Below are positions 1 to 11,971 of a stretch of 64,000 bases of DNA, piece after piece (the first letter of the stretch is position 1; every line of letters begins with the position of its first letter). The stretch is taken from positions 10,417,068 through 10,481,067 of the forward strand of contig NW_003526941.1 of the NCBI RefSeq assembly GCF_000181795.1. Reading direction: 5' to 3'. The translations under genes were made by a program, and so were the position numbers. Under the pieces are notes generated by a model, which was not told the DNA's origin, did no database searches, and saw only the letters and a program-made list of their open reading frames with translations. The DNA is from Trichinella spiralis. Its lineage: Eukaryota.

Positions 1-648
1 TCAGTATAAACTATTTTTTATTATCCATATAATTTTGATACGCAGTGATAGCATTTCCGTTTATTTTTAGTAATCTGCGATGCTTCATGTTAATAATATT
101 TCATTTTAGGTAATTTTAGGGAAAAAATTTGCATAACAATACCATATTACGTAGTAATATGAAGTGTGTAAATAGAAACGTAATAAATTTCATCGTCTCG
201 TTTCATAATGTTGCTCGTATTGTTTATTTTAGTGCGCTATTACTGATGGAAAATTAGGTTGTTCTTCATGAAGCAAAGTAAATAGTCATTTGCATGATTT
301 TCTTATTATATAATTGTCCAAGCACATCGATTTTATTATGTTATTCAGTTCACTCCAATGCTATGAATCTAGCACGTGGTCAACTATAATTCCGCTCTTC
401 AACACCATCCATGAATAACTGGTAAGTTGGATTTGATATTTTGGTGGTGGCATGCTATGCATGTTACTTGACTTATATGGTGAATGGTAATTGGCGGGTG
501 TCTTTCTCGTGTAATTATTGCTAAGTTTTAGATACATCAGATGCTGAAGACGAAGAAGTATCTATTTCTGTTTTTTATTTATAGATGACTGCATTAATAT
601 AGTTCACTTTTAGAATTTACATTATTTTATATTCACATCAATGAATAT
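1..648. repeat. Left arm of a long inverted repeat (truncated by the window edge)
   Basis: 1-47 (tcagtataaactattttttattatcc...) is the exact reverse complement of 6601-6647. Pairing continues to about 648 (caatgaatat) with 6001. I saw only isolated mismatches in 1-480 and more in 480-648. Confidence 0.97.
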
Positions 649-1140
649 GAAACAACCAAATTCTGAAAACTAACTGAATATGGTAACTATGCATCATGAT
701 GAATATGCCTTGCTTTTTACTTGAATTTTTCTGTTAAATTTAGGTTGAAGGTTGCAGTGCTATTAGCGCCACATTCCTTTCATTCTAACTGCAGCACTAA
801 TGTTAAATTATCATGTATGTGATATCATAGATTATGTGCCTTTGATTCAATTCTTTTTAGAATTGAAAATTACATTTGCCTTGCAATTTGAAAATTTTGA
901 AAATGCCCAGATGCAATCTATTATCAGTGAAGTCAGGTAAAAGCTGTTGAACAGTGGTTGTTGGAGTTGATGACCTAGCGTTCAAAAACCATATGACAAA
1001 AAACAGTAAGTGTTGAATTTGTTTAAATAGATAGCAAGACGTTCTGCGTATTAGATATAGGTGGAATTTGGTGACTTCTGTAATTACAGATTACGTCATC
1101 AGCTGAGTTTTTATGGTGTTTCTTTTGCTCTGGGCAACTT

Positions 1141-2190
1141 GGTAAGTCATGTTCACATCATTTCGTTCTAAATTTGCCATCACAAACATCCGTAAGTAAT
1201 GAATTTGCTCCTGACTGCATTTGGATCGTACAGTGTTTGGTGCAGTGACGTTTCCAAGTTGTTCTAGTGTGGTTTCACTTACCATAAAAGTAAGATCGAA
1301 TGGATTGTAATTGTAGCAGATTTCGCTGAGTCAGCCGAGCAGCGTTCGTACAAATCCTGACAAGGTATTGGTGGTGCTTGTTGCTGTCAGTGCGTTTCAA
1401 ATGTGATATGACAAAAATTAGTGAGTAGCTTTTGATTATAATAGCTGTGGATTACGTCATCCCATGAAGCTTGTACCGTTTGCAACCCGTGATCGCATGG
1501 AGGTAAAGGCGTTTCCTAGCCGTCCCAGTGTGCCTTTGCTTATCACAAATAGTATCGTTCATCAGTAAGTATTGAATTTGATTAATTAGCTGGAAAATGC
1601 GAGTATTGAGAGATTGAATTTGAATATCTATCTGAACATGAATACATGAATATCTATAATAACATATACATCATAAGCTGAACTGTTTTCAAGTTCCTTT
1701 CGCTCTGGTCACCGTGCTTAGTCATGTTCACATCAGTTCGTTCTAAATGTGGCATCACAAACATCCGTAAGTATTTAACTTGCTCCTGATTGCAGTTGGA
1801 TGCGTAAAGTGTGCACATTTTATCCATGACAGCATTACATTAACATCAAGCGAATTCGACGTTTCCTCTGATGGCCCTCTGAGTTGAAGTTGACGCGGTG
1901 ACGTTCATCATTGGTACTAGTGTGGTATCACTTATCATAAGAGTTAGAAAGAAATAAATGATTGTAATTCTAGCAGACAACGTTGAGACAGTCGAGTAGC
2001 GCTGGTGCCCGTGTAGATCTTTCGTCAGTGCGCTTCCAATGTGAGATGACAAAAATTAGTAAGTAGTTTTTGTTTATAATAGCTGTGGATTACGTCATCC
2101 CATGAATCTTGTACCGTTTGCAACCCGTGTTCACATGGACGTAAAGGCGCTTCCTAGCCGTCCCAGTGTGCCTTTGCTTATCACAAATTC
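1141..2190. repeat. Diverged tandem duplication, period about 580-640 bp
   Basis: 1145-1230 (agtcatgttcacatca...cacaaacatccgtaagta) recurs at 1720-1805. 1386-1550 (gtcagtgcg...gtggattacgtcatcccatgaa...gtgcctttgcttatcacaaat) recurs at 2024-2188. Confidence 0.9.
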
Positions 2191-2610
2191 ACAAAGTTAA
2201 ATGAATAGAACAGGTATGTCGATGTACATCCCAGCATTTTGTTCCTGATAGCAATTTGTGAATATTTTAGTCGCAGCCGATGGCACTCAAATTGCGTTTC
2301 ATTCGGTTCTGATGTTTTTCTTTGTCACGCAAGGTAAGGAAGAATTGCATTATTTTTTGTAGGATAATTGTCTTTAATGTTTTAGTGCGTAACTGTGAAG
2401 ACGAGAGCCGCATCTTGAATGATCTCCATCGAATAACGTATTATGCTGCTGTTATTCGTCTTCAATTACTTTTTATAATATGGCTGTAATTTGGTATATA
2501 ACTATATTCAATTATGAATTTTAGAATCATGGCATGTTTATATTAAATTCTTCATTTAGAGCAGTAGAGAGCGTAAAGTACTGGTACGTAGCATCAAGGA
2601 AAGTGGACAA

Positions 2611-2880
2611 AGTAATGCAGGTAAGTACAGTGGAAGCGGATATATTAATGTGATTGCGTACAGGTAATTGGATTGCAGGTAAGTACAATAACGTAGGGTG
2701 CAGGTGAGTAAAATGTGCAGGTAAGTATATAAAGAAGAATGATATCGTAGATTTAAGAGAGATAGCGGAGAGGTAAAGGTAAGTATGAGGTGAAACTCTA
2801 CGCTGAGTGGAGTACGGGAAAGCGTAGTTAAGTAGTAAGGTAAATGCAGAACATGTAAGTATCGAATTGCAGGAGTAAGA
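2611..2880 (+). repeat. Purine-rich array of 5'-splice-site-like motifs (CAGGTAAGTA and variants)
   Basis: caggtaagta at 2618, 2676, 2718; caggtaattg 2661; caggtgagta 2701; aaggtaagta 2776; aaggtaaatg 2837. Confidence 0.8.
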
Positions 2881-3440
2881 AGCCTGGGGATGAATTATGT
2901 AAATTTTCGAAAAAAAACACCTGAGGAAATGCCCTGGGCATAGCCTGAAAGCAAATAAAAATTTGCATATCCCCCTGAAGGCAAATATTGTGCATTAAAA
3001 TGCTTCAGGCGTAGCCTGCGGGAATATGCAAATTTTTATTTGCCCTGAGGCATAGCCTGAGGCGATGCCTGCGGCTAAATTTCAAAAAATTTCAAAATTT
3101 TCAAAAAATTGCCTGAGGCATAGCCCCAGGCGTAGCCTCAGGGCATATAAAATTTGCATATTACCCTGAGGCAATTAAAAATTTGCATAAAAACCCCCTT
3201 AGGTCAAATATTGTGCTATAATTTGCCTGGAGGATAGCCTAAGGGCATATGCAAATTTTTATTTGCCCTGGGGCATAGCCTGAGGGCAAAGCCTGGGGCT
3301 ATATTTTAAAAAATTCGAAATTTTCAAAATTTTGCCTGAGGCATAGCCTAAGGCGTAGCCTGAAGTCAAATAAAAATTTGCATATTGCCCATAGGCGATT
3401 AAAAATTTGCATATTTTATTAAATAAATCGCCTCAGGCTT
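2881..3440. repeat. Quasi-palindromic tandem repeat (~190-223 bp units) built from GCCN3-4GGC and ATTTGCAT motifs
   Basis: gcctgaggcatagcc at 3111 and 3334 (period 223); a shorter unit starts about 2920. A perfect 20-bp inverted repeat links 2951-2970 and 3024-3043. Octamers at 2961, 3026, 3152, 3181, 3249, 3376, 3405. Confidence 0.92.
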
Positions 3441-3479
3441 TTTAAAATTTGTAATTTCAATGTGCACATCTACATAATA

Positions 3480-3895
3480 TACCGTACCATTCACAACTTA
3501 CCTTCACAATTATACTTGCCTTCACTCTATGCACTACTTACCTTTCCACTTATACCTACCTTCACATTACTTACCACTTACCTTCCCCTATGCAGTACTC
3601 ACCTTCACAATTATACCTTCACCCTAAACACTACTTACCTTTGCACTTTTACTTACCTTCACCCTAAACTCTACTTACCTTTGCACTTATACTTACCTTC
3701 ACCAAAAACACTACTTACCTTCACACTTATACTTACCTTCACAATTATACTTGCCTTCACCCTATGCAATATTTACCTTCACACTACACACTAACTGCCT
3801 TTACCTATGCAGTACTCACCTTCACATTTATACTTACCTTCACACCTATTCTTACCTGACTTACCCTTAACTATTTATCTTCATACTTACCCATA
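3480..3895 (-). repeat. Pyrimidine-rich minisatellite (~18-22 nt unit, tacttaccttcac); reads gtgaaggtaagta on the minus strand
   Basis: tacttacctt at 3632, 3650, 3672, 3690, 3712, 3730, 3831 plus degenerate copies. It is the inverted counterpart of 2611-2880. Confidence 0.9.
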
Positions 3896-6000
3896 GTCTG
3901 CTTCCTTGTCTTTTTAGACTTAGACTTTTTAGACACTACGCTATTTACTTAGCCATGTTGCCTTTAACTGACTCTCTGAATCCATAACTAAAATGAATTC
4001 TTACATAAAAAAATGAAATCCTGAAAACACTGTAAACAATAATTATAAAAAATTATAAAAAGCAATTATGAAAAAATTATGAAAAGCAAAATTATAAAAA
4101 CCTGAAAAACTAAAACGACAAAATTTACACTTTTCAACTTTCATAGCTTATAAAAGTAAAATGTACATACGTCGCCAAACTGAGCGGCATCAACTGGTGG
4201 TAGTGCTTTGTGATGACGTATTTATCGACGTGATTACGAATCTTTGTGAAGACACTACATGTTCAATAACGGATAGCTACCAAAGAATACAGCAATTTCA
4301 TTCATCTATAACTAAACTTAATTTGATTCTGAAAATATTTGCAAAACAAGTGTGCTGAAAAGTAAAGCATGTTAAACAAAATTGATATGAAACAGCCATA
4401 TTATAAAAAATTAATTGAAGACAAATAACAGTGCATCGTCGTTCCTTAATTACTAAGTATACAAATTTGTAGAAAAACTACTTGCTAGTCATACAACATT
4501 TGTCCTTCAGGATGCAAGCATCTGAACAGCTACGCGCTGAAATTTTCAATTAAACATCCTAAGCATGTGATAAGCAACACCGCAGTGTAAATGAACACTA
4601 TCACTCATCAATAAACAAAATCTCTACTTACAAAATACTAAAACTTACCTACTCACATAATACTTTACAAAAATACTCACCAAACGCACTGAAGGCAACA
4701 CGCACTACCAGACTTGTATGATGTATCCGAAAACCAGTGCAAATCGACTATATTCACGATATATGCTACTATTACAATCATTATTTAATTATATCGTACT
4801 CCTATAATAAGTGAAGTCACACAGGTTTCTGGACCAATACTGGGTAACGTCATTGAGCCAACCTATACTAACGCAGGAGTATGAACGTATATCTGTTCGA
4901 TGTCGATGACGTAATCCATTCCTATAATGGGCAAAATGTGTACTTATTTTTGTGATGGCACATTTAGAACGCATTGTGATAAAGGTGACATACCATGTTG
5001 GCAAGAGCAACAGGAATTCCAAAAAGTTTCAATTATGTTGACGCACACTATTTAATTCGATAACAAGAAGCACACAGGATCAAATATAAGTGGAATTAGA
5101 AGACATTAATAATAGTAACAGATTACAGATAGTCAATTACTTACAGACTTTTGTACATCTTTTCAATCCATTGAAAGAAACCTGAACCACCATTAGAGAA
5201 AGACATTCAAGTTTATAGAAATAATTCCACTGCACTGACACAACCCATTGCTATAACAAAGTGCATAAAATTCATTCTTACTGTAACAATGAAGAAAACC
5301 AGAAAGCGGAACTGTTGAGACACATGATTGATCAATGTAGAAACATGAACACAGCAATAGTCAAACTAAAAAATAGATACTAAATAACACAGCAAAATGA
5401 AAAATTGGATAACAAAATGAATGAAATTCAAATATCATCGTGATGCACTGTTATTCGGCTTCAATCACTTTTTATAATACGGCTGTTTCTCATAAGCACT
5501 ATTTCAACCGCTATCATGAGTTCATATAAAGCACACGCAACCTAATATATAGAACAGAAATAAATATAGTTGCATTACCTCCTTGATGATATACCAATGA
5601 AGACAATTCAGAAAAAAAATTGAAATTATTTAATAAACAATTAGTGTCATACAAACAGAATATTTTTTACCTACACTCTTTCCAAATATTGCATTGCATT
5701 ATCTTGTACATCTAAAAAGCTATATTTCTAATGTAAAATTCAAATTTAAAATTAACTAAAATCAAAGGCAACGAATCTACAATATTACTTACATTGAACG
5801 TACGAATACAATAACAGACGTGCTGCTGATGGCGTTGCTAACTTACAATCCAAATATCTCGCAAATAATCATTTTGCGCACCTGCTTCTTAGCCATCATT
5901 TTTATTGAAATTTCACGGGAATAAACAAAATTGCAAATCAACTGCAGATGAAAATAATTATGATGCATAGTGGCATCATCTTCTCATGATAGGATTTTTT

Positions 6001-6647
6001 ATATTCATTGATATGAAAATAAAATAATGTAAATTCTAAAAGTGAATCATATTAATGCAGTCATCTCTAAATAAAAACAGAAATAGGTACTTCTTCGTCT
6101 TCAGCATCTGATGTATCTAAAACTTAGCAATAATAACACTAGAAAGACACCCGCCAGTTACCATTCACCATATAAGTAAAGTAACATGCATAGCATGCCA
6201 CCACCAAAATATCAAATCCAACTTACCAGTTATTCATGGATGGTGTTGAAGAGCGGAATTATAGTTGACCACGTGCTAGATTCATAGCATTGGAGTGAAC
6301 TGAATAACATAATAAAATCGATGCGCTTGGACAATTATATAATAAGAAAATCATGCAAATGACTATTTACTTTGCTTCATGAAGAACAACCTAATTTTCC
6401 ATCAGTAATAGCGCACTAAAATAAACAATACGAGCAACATTATGAAACGAGACGATGAAATTTATTACGTTTCTATTTACACACTTCATATTACTACGTA
6501 ATATGGTATTGTTATGCAAATTTTTTCCCTAAAATTACCTAAAATGAAATATTATTAACATGAAGCATCGCAGATTACTAAAAATAAACGGAAATGCTAT
6601 CACTGCGTATCAAAATTATATGGATAATAAAAAATAGTTTATACTGA
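6001..6647. repeat. Right arm of the long inverted repeat (partner of 1-648; probably continues past 6647 with a partner outside the window)
   Basis: Direct reverse-complement match to 1-648, checked by eye. Confidence 0.97.
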
Positions 6648-9600
6648 AAATAGTTACGAAAATAAAATTCTTTTCCAGATTTATGGAAAATTGAACAGTT
6701 GTCATGAAATTTTATGATGATAACTGCGACAGAAATTTTATAATATACAATTTATCTCATCACAGATTTTAACAAGTACGCATCGTAGACATCATGATGG
6801 TAAGTGGCTGCACCAGTGGGTATGCTACTTGAAAGCTTATTTACTATTAAAATTTTGTTTAAACTGAACTTTTGCTTACACCTTATGATGATTTATAGTA
6901 AACCCGCAAACATGGTTGAGCTCTGCATCAGCGCGCCACATACAATGTGGGAAAAACTCTAATCGCAGAAATTAAGTAACTCAACGATTTGCAATAAATT
7001 CAAGAAACTTATGCGGGTGATAATTCTGTATTGGATTTTATGAAAAGAATAAAACAAAAGAATCACGAGTAGCCTGGATTTGGTTATATTGCTAGTCGAT
7101 AACAATTATGAGAAATTAGATTTATATGAGATGAAAACAGCTAAGTGCTGTTCATTCAACTCGAAACAGGGGGTGGGCAGCATTTTCAGTTGAATGCGAT
7201 CTCTGTTCAGCTTAGTATTATTACGAGCTCAATGATGGGGATCATTAGAAAGGAAAGGAGGGCGGGACAGCATAGCAGGAAGGATTGAGGGAGAAGATGA
7301 AGGATGGAGGAGGTGGAAGTTGTCATATGCGTTCTTCCACTCAATCTTCGCGTATAATATTCAGGCGTTCCTTCATTTATCAATACTGGCAACATTGATG
7401 GGCATTGAGTTATTTTCTCAATGACAGAAAATAGGTGCATCTGTATAAGTCAGTGCTATTGGCGGTACAATGACATAATAGAAACTTTAAGGGGTCATTT
7501 GAAAAATGAAGGGAACGTTACTGCCATTCTAAAAGTATCAAAGGTGGTAGTATAAAGGTGTGTTCACTAGCTAACAGCAGCTTTCCTATGTCATGCTGAA
7601 ACAATGTTGTGCACGATTTGAGCAGTGACAAGCATTTAGGGGTGCAATAGTGCCACTGCAGTATCCTGGTGACAGACATTTCCTTTAAACATCTGGGCAA
7701 GTATGTTACCTTAGCAATAAACATTACAGTGGGCAGTAAAGATAATGCGGGAGGGGTTCAACTGCTATGTCAGAGTACTACTTTACAAATGGATTTGTAA
7801 GGACTATTGAAAATTATAGCAAAATATACCATTAGTACTATTATATAATGGCTTGGCCGTAATAAAGTCTCGAATATTATTTGAACATCATTACTGAAAA
7901 ACAACGCGCTAGTTTCCATTCAAAAAGACTAAAATCAAACAACTACGAAAAGCTTAAAAAGCGCGCATGTTTAGTGCAGTGTGCCAAGAGAAAGAAAGAA
8001 AACATTGTATGAAAAATAGCAAATATATGAAAATTCATACCTGTCAGGGATAACGTATAAAGCAAACGTAGAGTCAAACACTTTATAACTGATGTTCGTG
8101 GTTTCTTCATATTTTTAGTCTAACAATCACAACGTATTTGTTGAACTGAACCATGAAAATGACTGAATAACGCAACGCAGTAAGTAATTAGACCGCCCTT
8201 CAGCAGCGAACATTTATACTATAGTGCAGTTCTCTCAATAAACAGAAATTTATATAAGGAACATTGCTACCGCATTTGAATAGCACAAAGTGCACGTAGC
8301 GGAATGCCAACGGCAGTGCTTACCATCATATTAGCATAAAGTTATTCTGCTGACCTAGAAATGCATGTATGCCTTGAAAACGTATAATAACAATCTAATG
8401 AGTCAACACCAAAGATTATAATAATCAAAGCCACTATCTATCACAAATAATATTGTGGCGTAAATTAAAGAAGTATAAAATAGTGTCTTACGTAAATGGG
8501 GCTGCACTGGCACGATAATAATATGTCGCAATATTCAGCAAAATTCATTCATTAATTTAAAGGAACTGATTGTTTAGTGAACATTTCAATCAGACTTTGA
8601 TCAACCACTTTGAAAAGAAGAAAAATGAATGCCTAAAACAGAAGAATGGCAAAACATAACATTTACTTAAAACACAAGCATAATGAATTGATAATTTATA
8701 TAATGCACATACTGGGTTGAAGTACTAAAAATTGTGCACCACGGTTGTCACTTTAGTCAGTGTGGAACCGGCAAAATTGTTATCTTATATGCATGGACAA
8801 AGTACAGAAGCAAATTATTAAAAATTTATAGATCTTGCCCCCTCAAACTTTACAAGAGTTTGCACTCCCCCTTGTCTGAGGGAAGGGAGCTTCACGCTCC
8901 AGGATGGGGCCCATTTTTGGTCTCTCCATCCTCCACCTGTTTTAAATATTTCAAGTCCCACTCCCGGCATGATTCTATGCAACCTACCTACCTACCATCC
9001 GTTCATTCGCTCGTGTTAGCTACTGCAAAGGTGATTTTCGAAACACCATATTTTAATAATAAATAAACAATGCGTACAGAGTGTATTTCATCATACTTAA
9101 TTGTACAGAAATTTGATGTTCATTAAATCACCAATCATCTCATATGGAGAATTCATAGAGAATATATTGGGAAATTATACTGAATATCGATTCTCAATTG
9201 CAGTGGTAAGTGATTAAGACTTAGAAATGAAAAAATTGCCACTTACTGCTAAATGCGTTGTCGTCTCATTGTTGATGTTCATGCTGTTTGAATGTTGATT
9301 GAAAAATTACTTTTCAGAAATTATTCCAAAAAATAATAATGAATAAAAAGCAAATCTAGTGTTTGGCGTTCAATGTTGGTCTTCAGTCAATTTTCCAATC
9401 AAAACGCAGTGCATCCAGCCACGGACGGGGTCAAACTAAAATTATTTCCAATATGTCAATAAAGCAAATCAACTCGCATGCAAATTTTCATTTTATTCAT
9501 TGCTGCTGACAAATGTGACTAGTGCATATTTTTCCTTGGGCTTTATATACTTTGGAAGGCACCTTGTTTAGGAGAAAATTTTATTGTAGCCCTGCCAAAC

Positions 9601-11971
9601 ATAGAAGCAATTCTCATTGCAGAAACTCTCATTTCATCTTTGTTACTAAGTATAATTTAAATGCTAAAAACAATACAAGAAATGAAATGTATACTTATTT
9701 TATATGAAATGCTCACTAGTAAGAAGACAGAAAAAGTAATAAATAATTCGTCGAAATAATTCAGATAAAGACAAATTCATTGACAATAGCAGTCATTTTA
9801 AAATGCAGAAATGACCTTGAATTGACATTTGAAATTCAGTCAAAATATAAACTATCTGACAAAAAACGCCATAACAAAAACACTAATTTAGTAAAAACAC
9901 GCCTCCGCATCTCGCGGAACTTGAGAATTGAAAATTCAAAAATGACCTACATAAATAGATCTCATTGCAAAAGGTTTTCAATGAAATAAATTATTAGCGC
10001 GCTATCTGTGCGCTCTGACTAACAAAAATTTACCAGACAAATAAATAGTGTAATTTATCTTACCCCTCTGATGATTTACAATTAAAAAGAAAATAATACA
10101 AACTGGAAATAAAGTAGAAAATTTTTCTGCATGAAAAGTGATATTTTTCTGATTTGCATAACAGTGAACATTGTGTGCTCAGTACTCTATTTGATCTGTC
10201 CTGTTCACAACGAAATTTAAAAATAAAGCACAAGTCCAAATTGAAAACTTCACCCTATTCTACAGTTAAATGTACATTTCTTCGCAAAATAGCCAATTTG
10301 AATATCAATGTTTCTAAACAACTAAATTAACTATAAAAAAATAAGAATTCTGTTTTACATGTTTTTCAAATATCAGTGCACATTAAAGTAAAAAATTATC
10401 AAATACTTAAATAAAAAATATACATGCATTATTTCATAAAAATCAAAAAAAATATCCTAAAGTTCAAATTTTACCTCGATGTAGTTTCTTTCACTTGTAA
10501 TTTTGTTGCGCAACGCTAAATCGAATGAAAAATCAACCAAGGCCACACACCGCATTGCTTTTCTCTGATTGGTCTGTTACTTTGCAACCTTCTTATCGGT
10601 GATCTGGCTATCAATATACTGTATAATACAGTACTTTTGTTAATTTCATATCTGTAATTTTATTTTTACAATATTATTTCATTTTAACCATGAAACAATG
10701 CAATAATAAACGAAAGGCACAGGTGTTTTGGATGTTACTTTACGATATTGAATGCAGGAAAATTGCCATTGTATGTGCACTGCAAGACAAGTGCGCCAAC
10801 ATCCGTTGAATTTAAAGCCACGTAAGCGAACGTGTAGCGGACGAATAAAACTTTGCGTACATTTTCTGGTCAACAATTTTCTGCTATTCAGAATATGAGT
10901 TGTGTAAACGAAACGTCTGTTCGATACATGTCCAACAGGAATAATTAATAACAAAGAACAAACTGACCAAAATGCACACAGTCCTGAGTGAGAGACACCT
11001 AGTGAAGATGGTATAATAAATGTAAGCAGGCTCTATCAACAAGTTTCAAAGTTACTGTCACGCCTGTTCTACTACCACTGAAAACTTCCGTATAAATATT
11101 CATCACAGCTGACGGCGATATCTTAATAATAATGTTTGTTAATTTTACTCAAGTTATTTGAAATATTTTTTAAAAATGTAGATACAATGCTGGACATTTT
11201 GATGAATAGAAGCATCCTTTTTAATTATGAATTATTGAAATGTGATAATAGAAATACAAATAAATTGAAGTGAATTTTGAAAAGAAAAAAACCTGAGAAA
11301 GAAACGAGAGAAAAGAATGGAGTAGAATGTGAGAAGCGGAAACAAAGAGGGGCATAAAATGATTTGATGAAGAAAGCAAATTTTGAAAAAATTAGAAAAT
11401 TGAAAAGCAAAGAAAAAAAAACAACACAGCAAAACAGAAAGTTAGCGAGGAAGGAGCGCAGTAGCGAGAACATTAATGAGCAGACATTTTCATATTGGCC
11501 AAATAAGCAGCAACAAATTACGTCAGCACAGAAAACTAGTGAACAAAAAATCACTGACAAAAATACACTAGCTTGTATAATAATAATAATAATAATAATT
11601 GTGCACATAGTGATGATATTGTAAAAAAGATGCGTCTTTATTGCTGCTTATTTGCATAAAGACAACAGAAAACTAGAATTATTTATAGAATTGCACAGTA
11701 GATAGATCATGAGAAACAGAAAAAAAGAAATTTGATACTTGCAGTACAATAAGCTTGAACAATAATAATAATAATAGCAACAGGTTGATAAGGCATAGTT
11801 TTTTGAGATGAATAATAATAAAAGTAAATAAATTGAATTAATTGGAACAAATGAACAAATGCAAAAAAGAAAAAAATAACTGTACTTTGATGAATGAAGA
11901 GAAAGTGGAGCAGCAAAAGTTGATAGGAATAAAAAAGTGATATATAATTTAAGAGCAATATGCACGCACAA

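Noticed and set aside
3462..3794. 110-aa ORF rich in L/T/Y/P
   Set aside because: It is just the translation of the tacttaccttcac minisatellite.
3689..3895. U1 snRNA gene (ATACTTACCT)
   Set aside because: Only the first 10 nt match, repeatedly; no U1 stem-loops or Sm site follow.
2881..3895. CRISPR array or interstitial telomere (GCCTAA/TTAGGC)
   Set aside because: Eukaryotic context, no unique spacers or cas genes; GCCTAA occurs only as isolated variants (3237, 3346), not tandem.
4210..4332. C/D box snoRNA (GTGATGA...CTGA)
   Set aside because: No convincing terminal stem or recognisable rRNA guide; such boxes arise by chance here.
1..6647. Simple fold-back sequencing chimera
   Set aside because: The inner arms are strongly diverged and differ by internal duplications, which a chimeric read would not produce; not fully excluded without reads.
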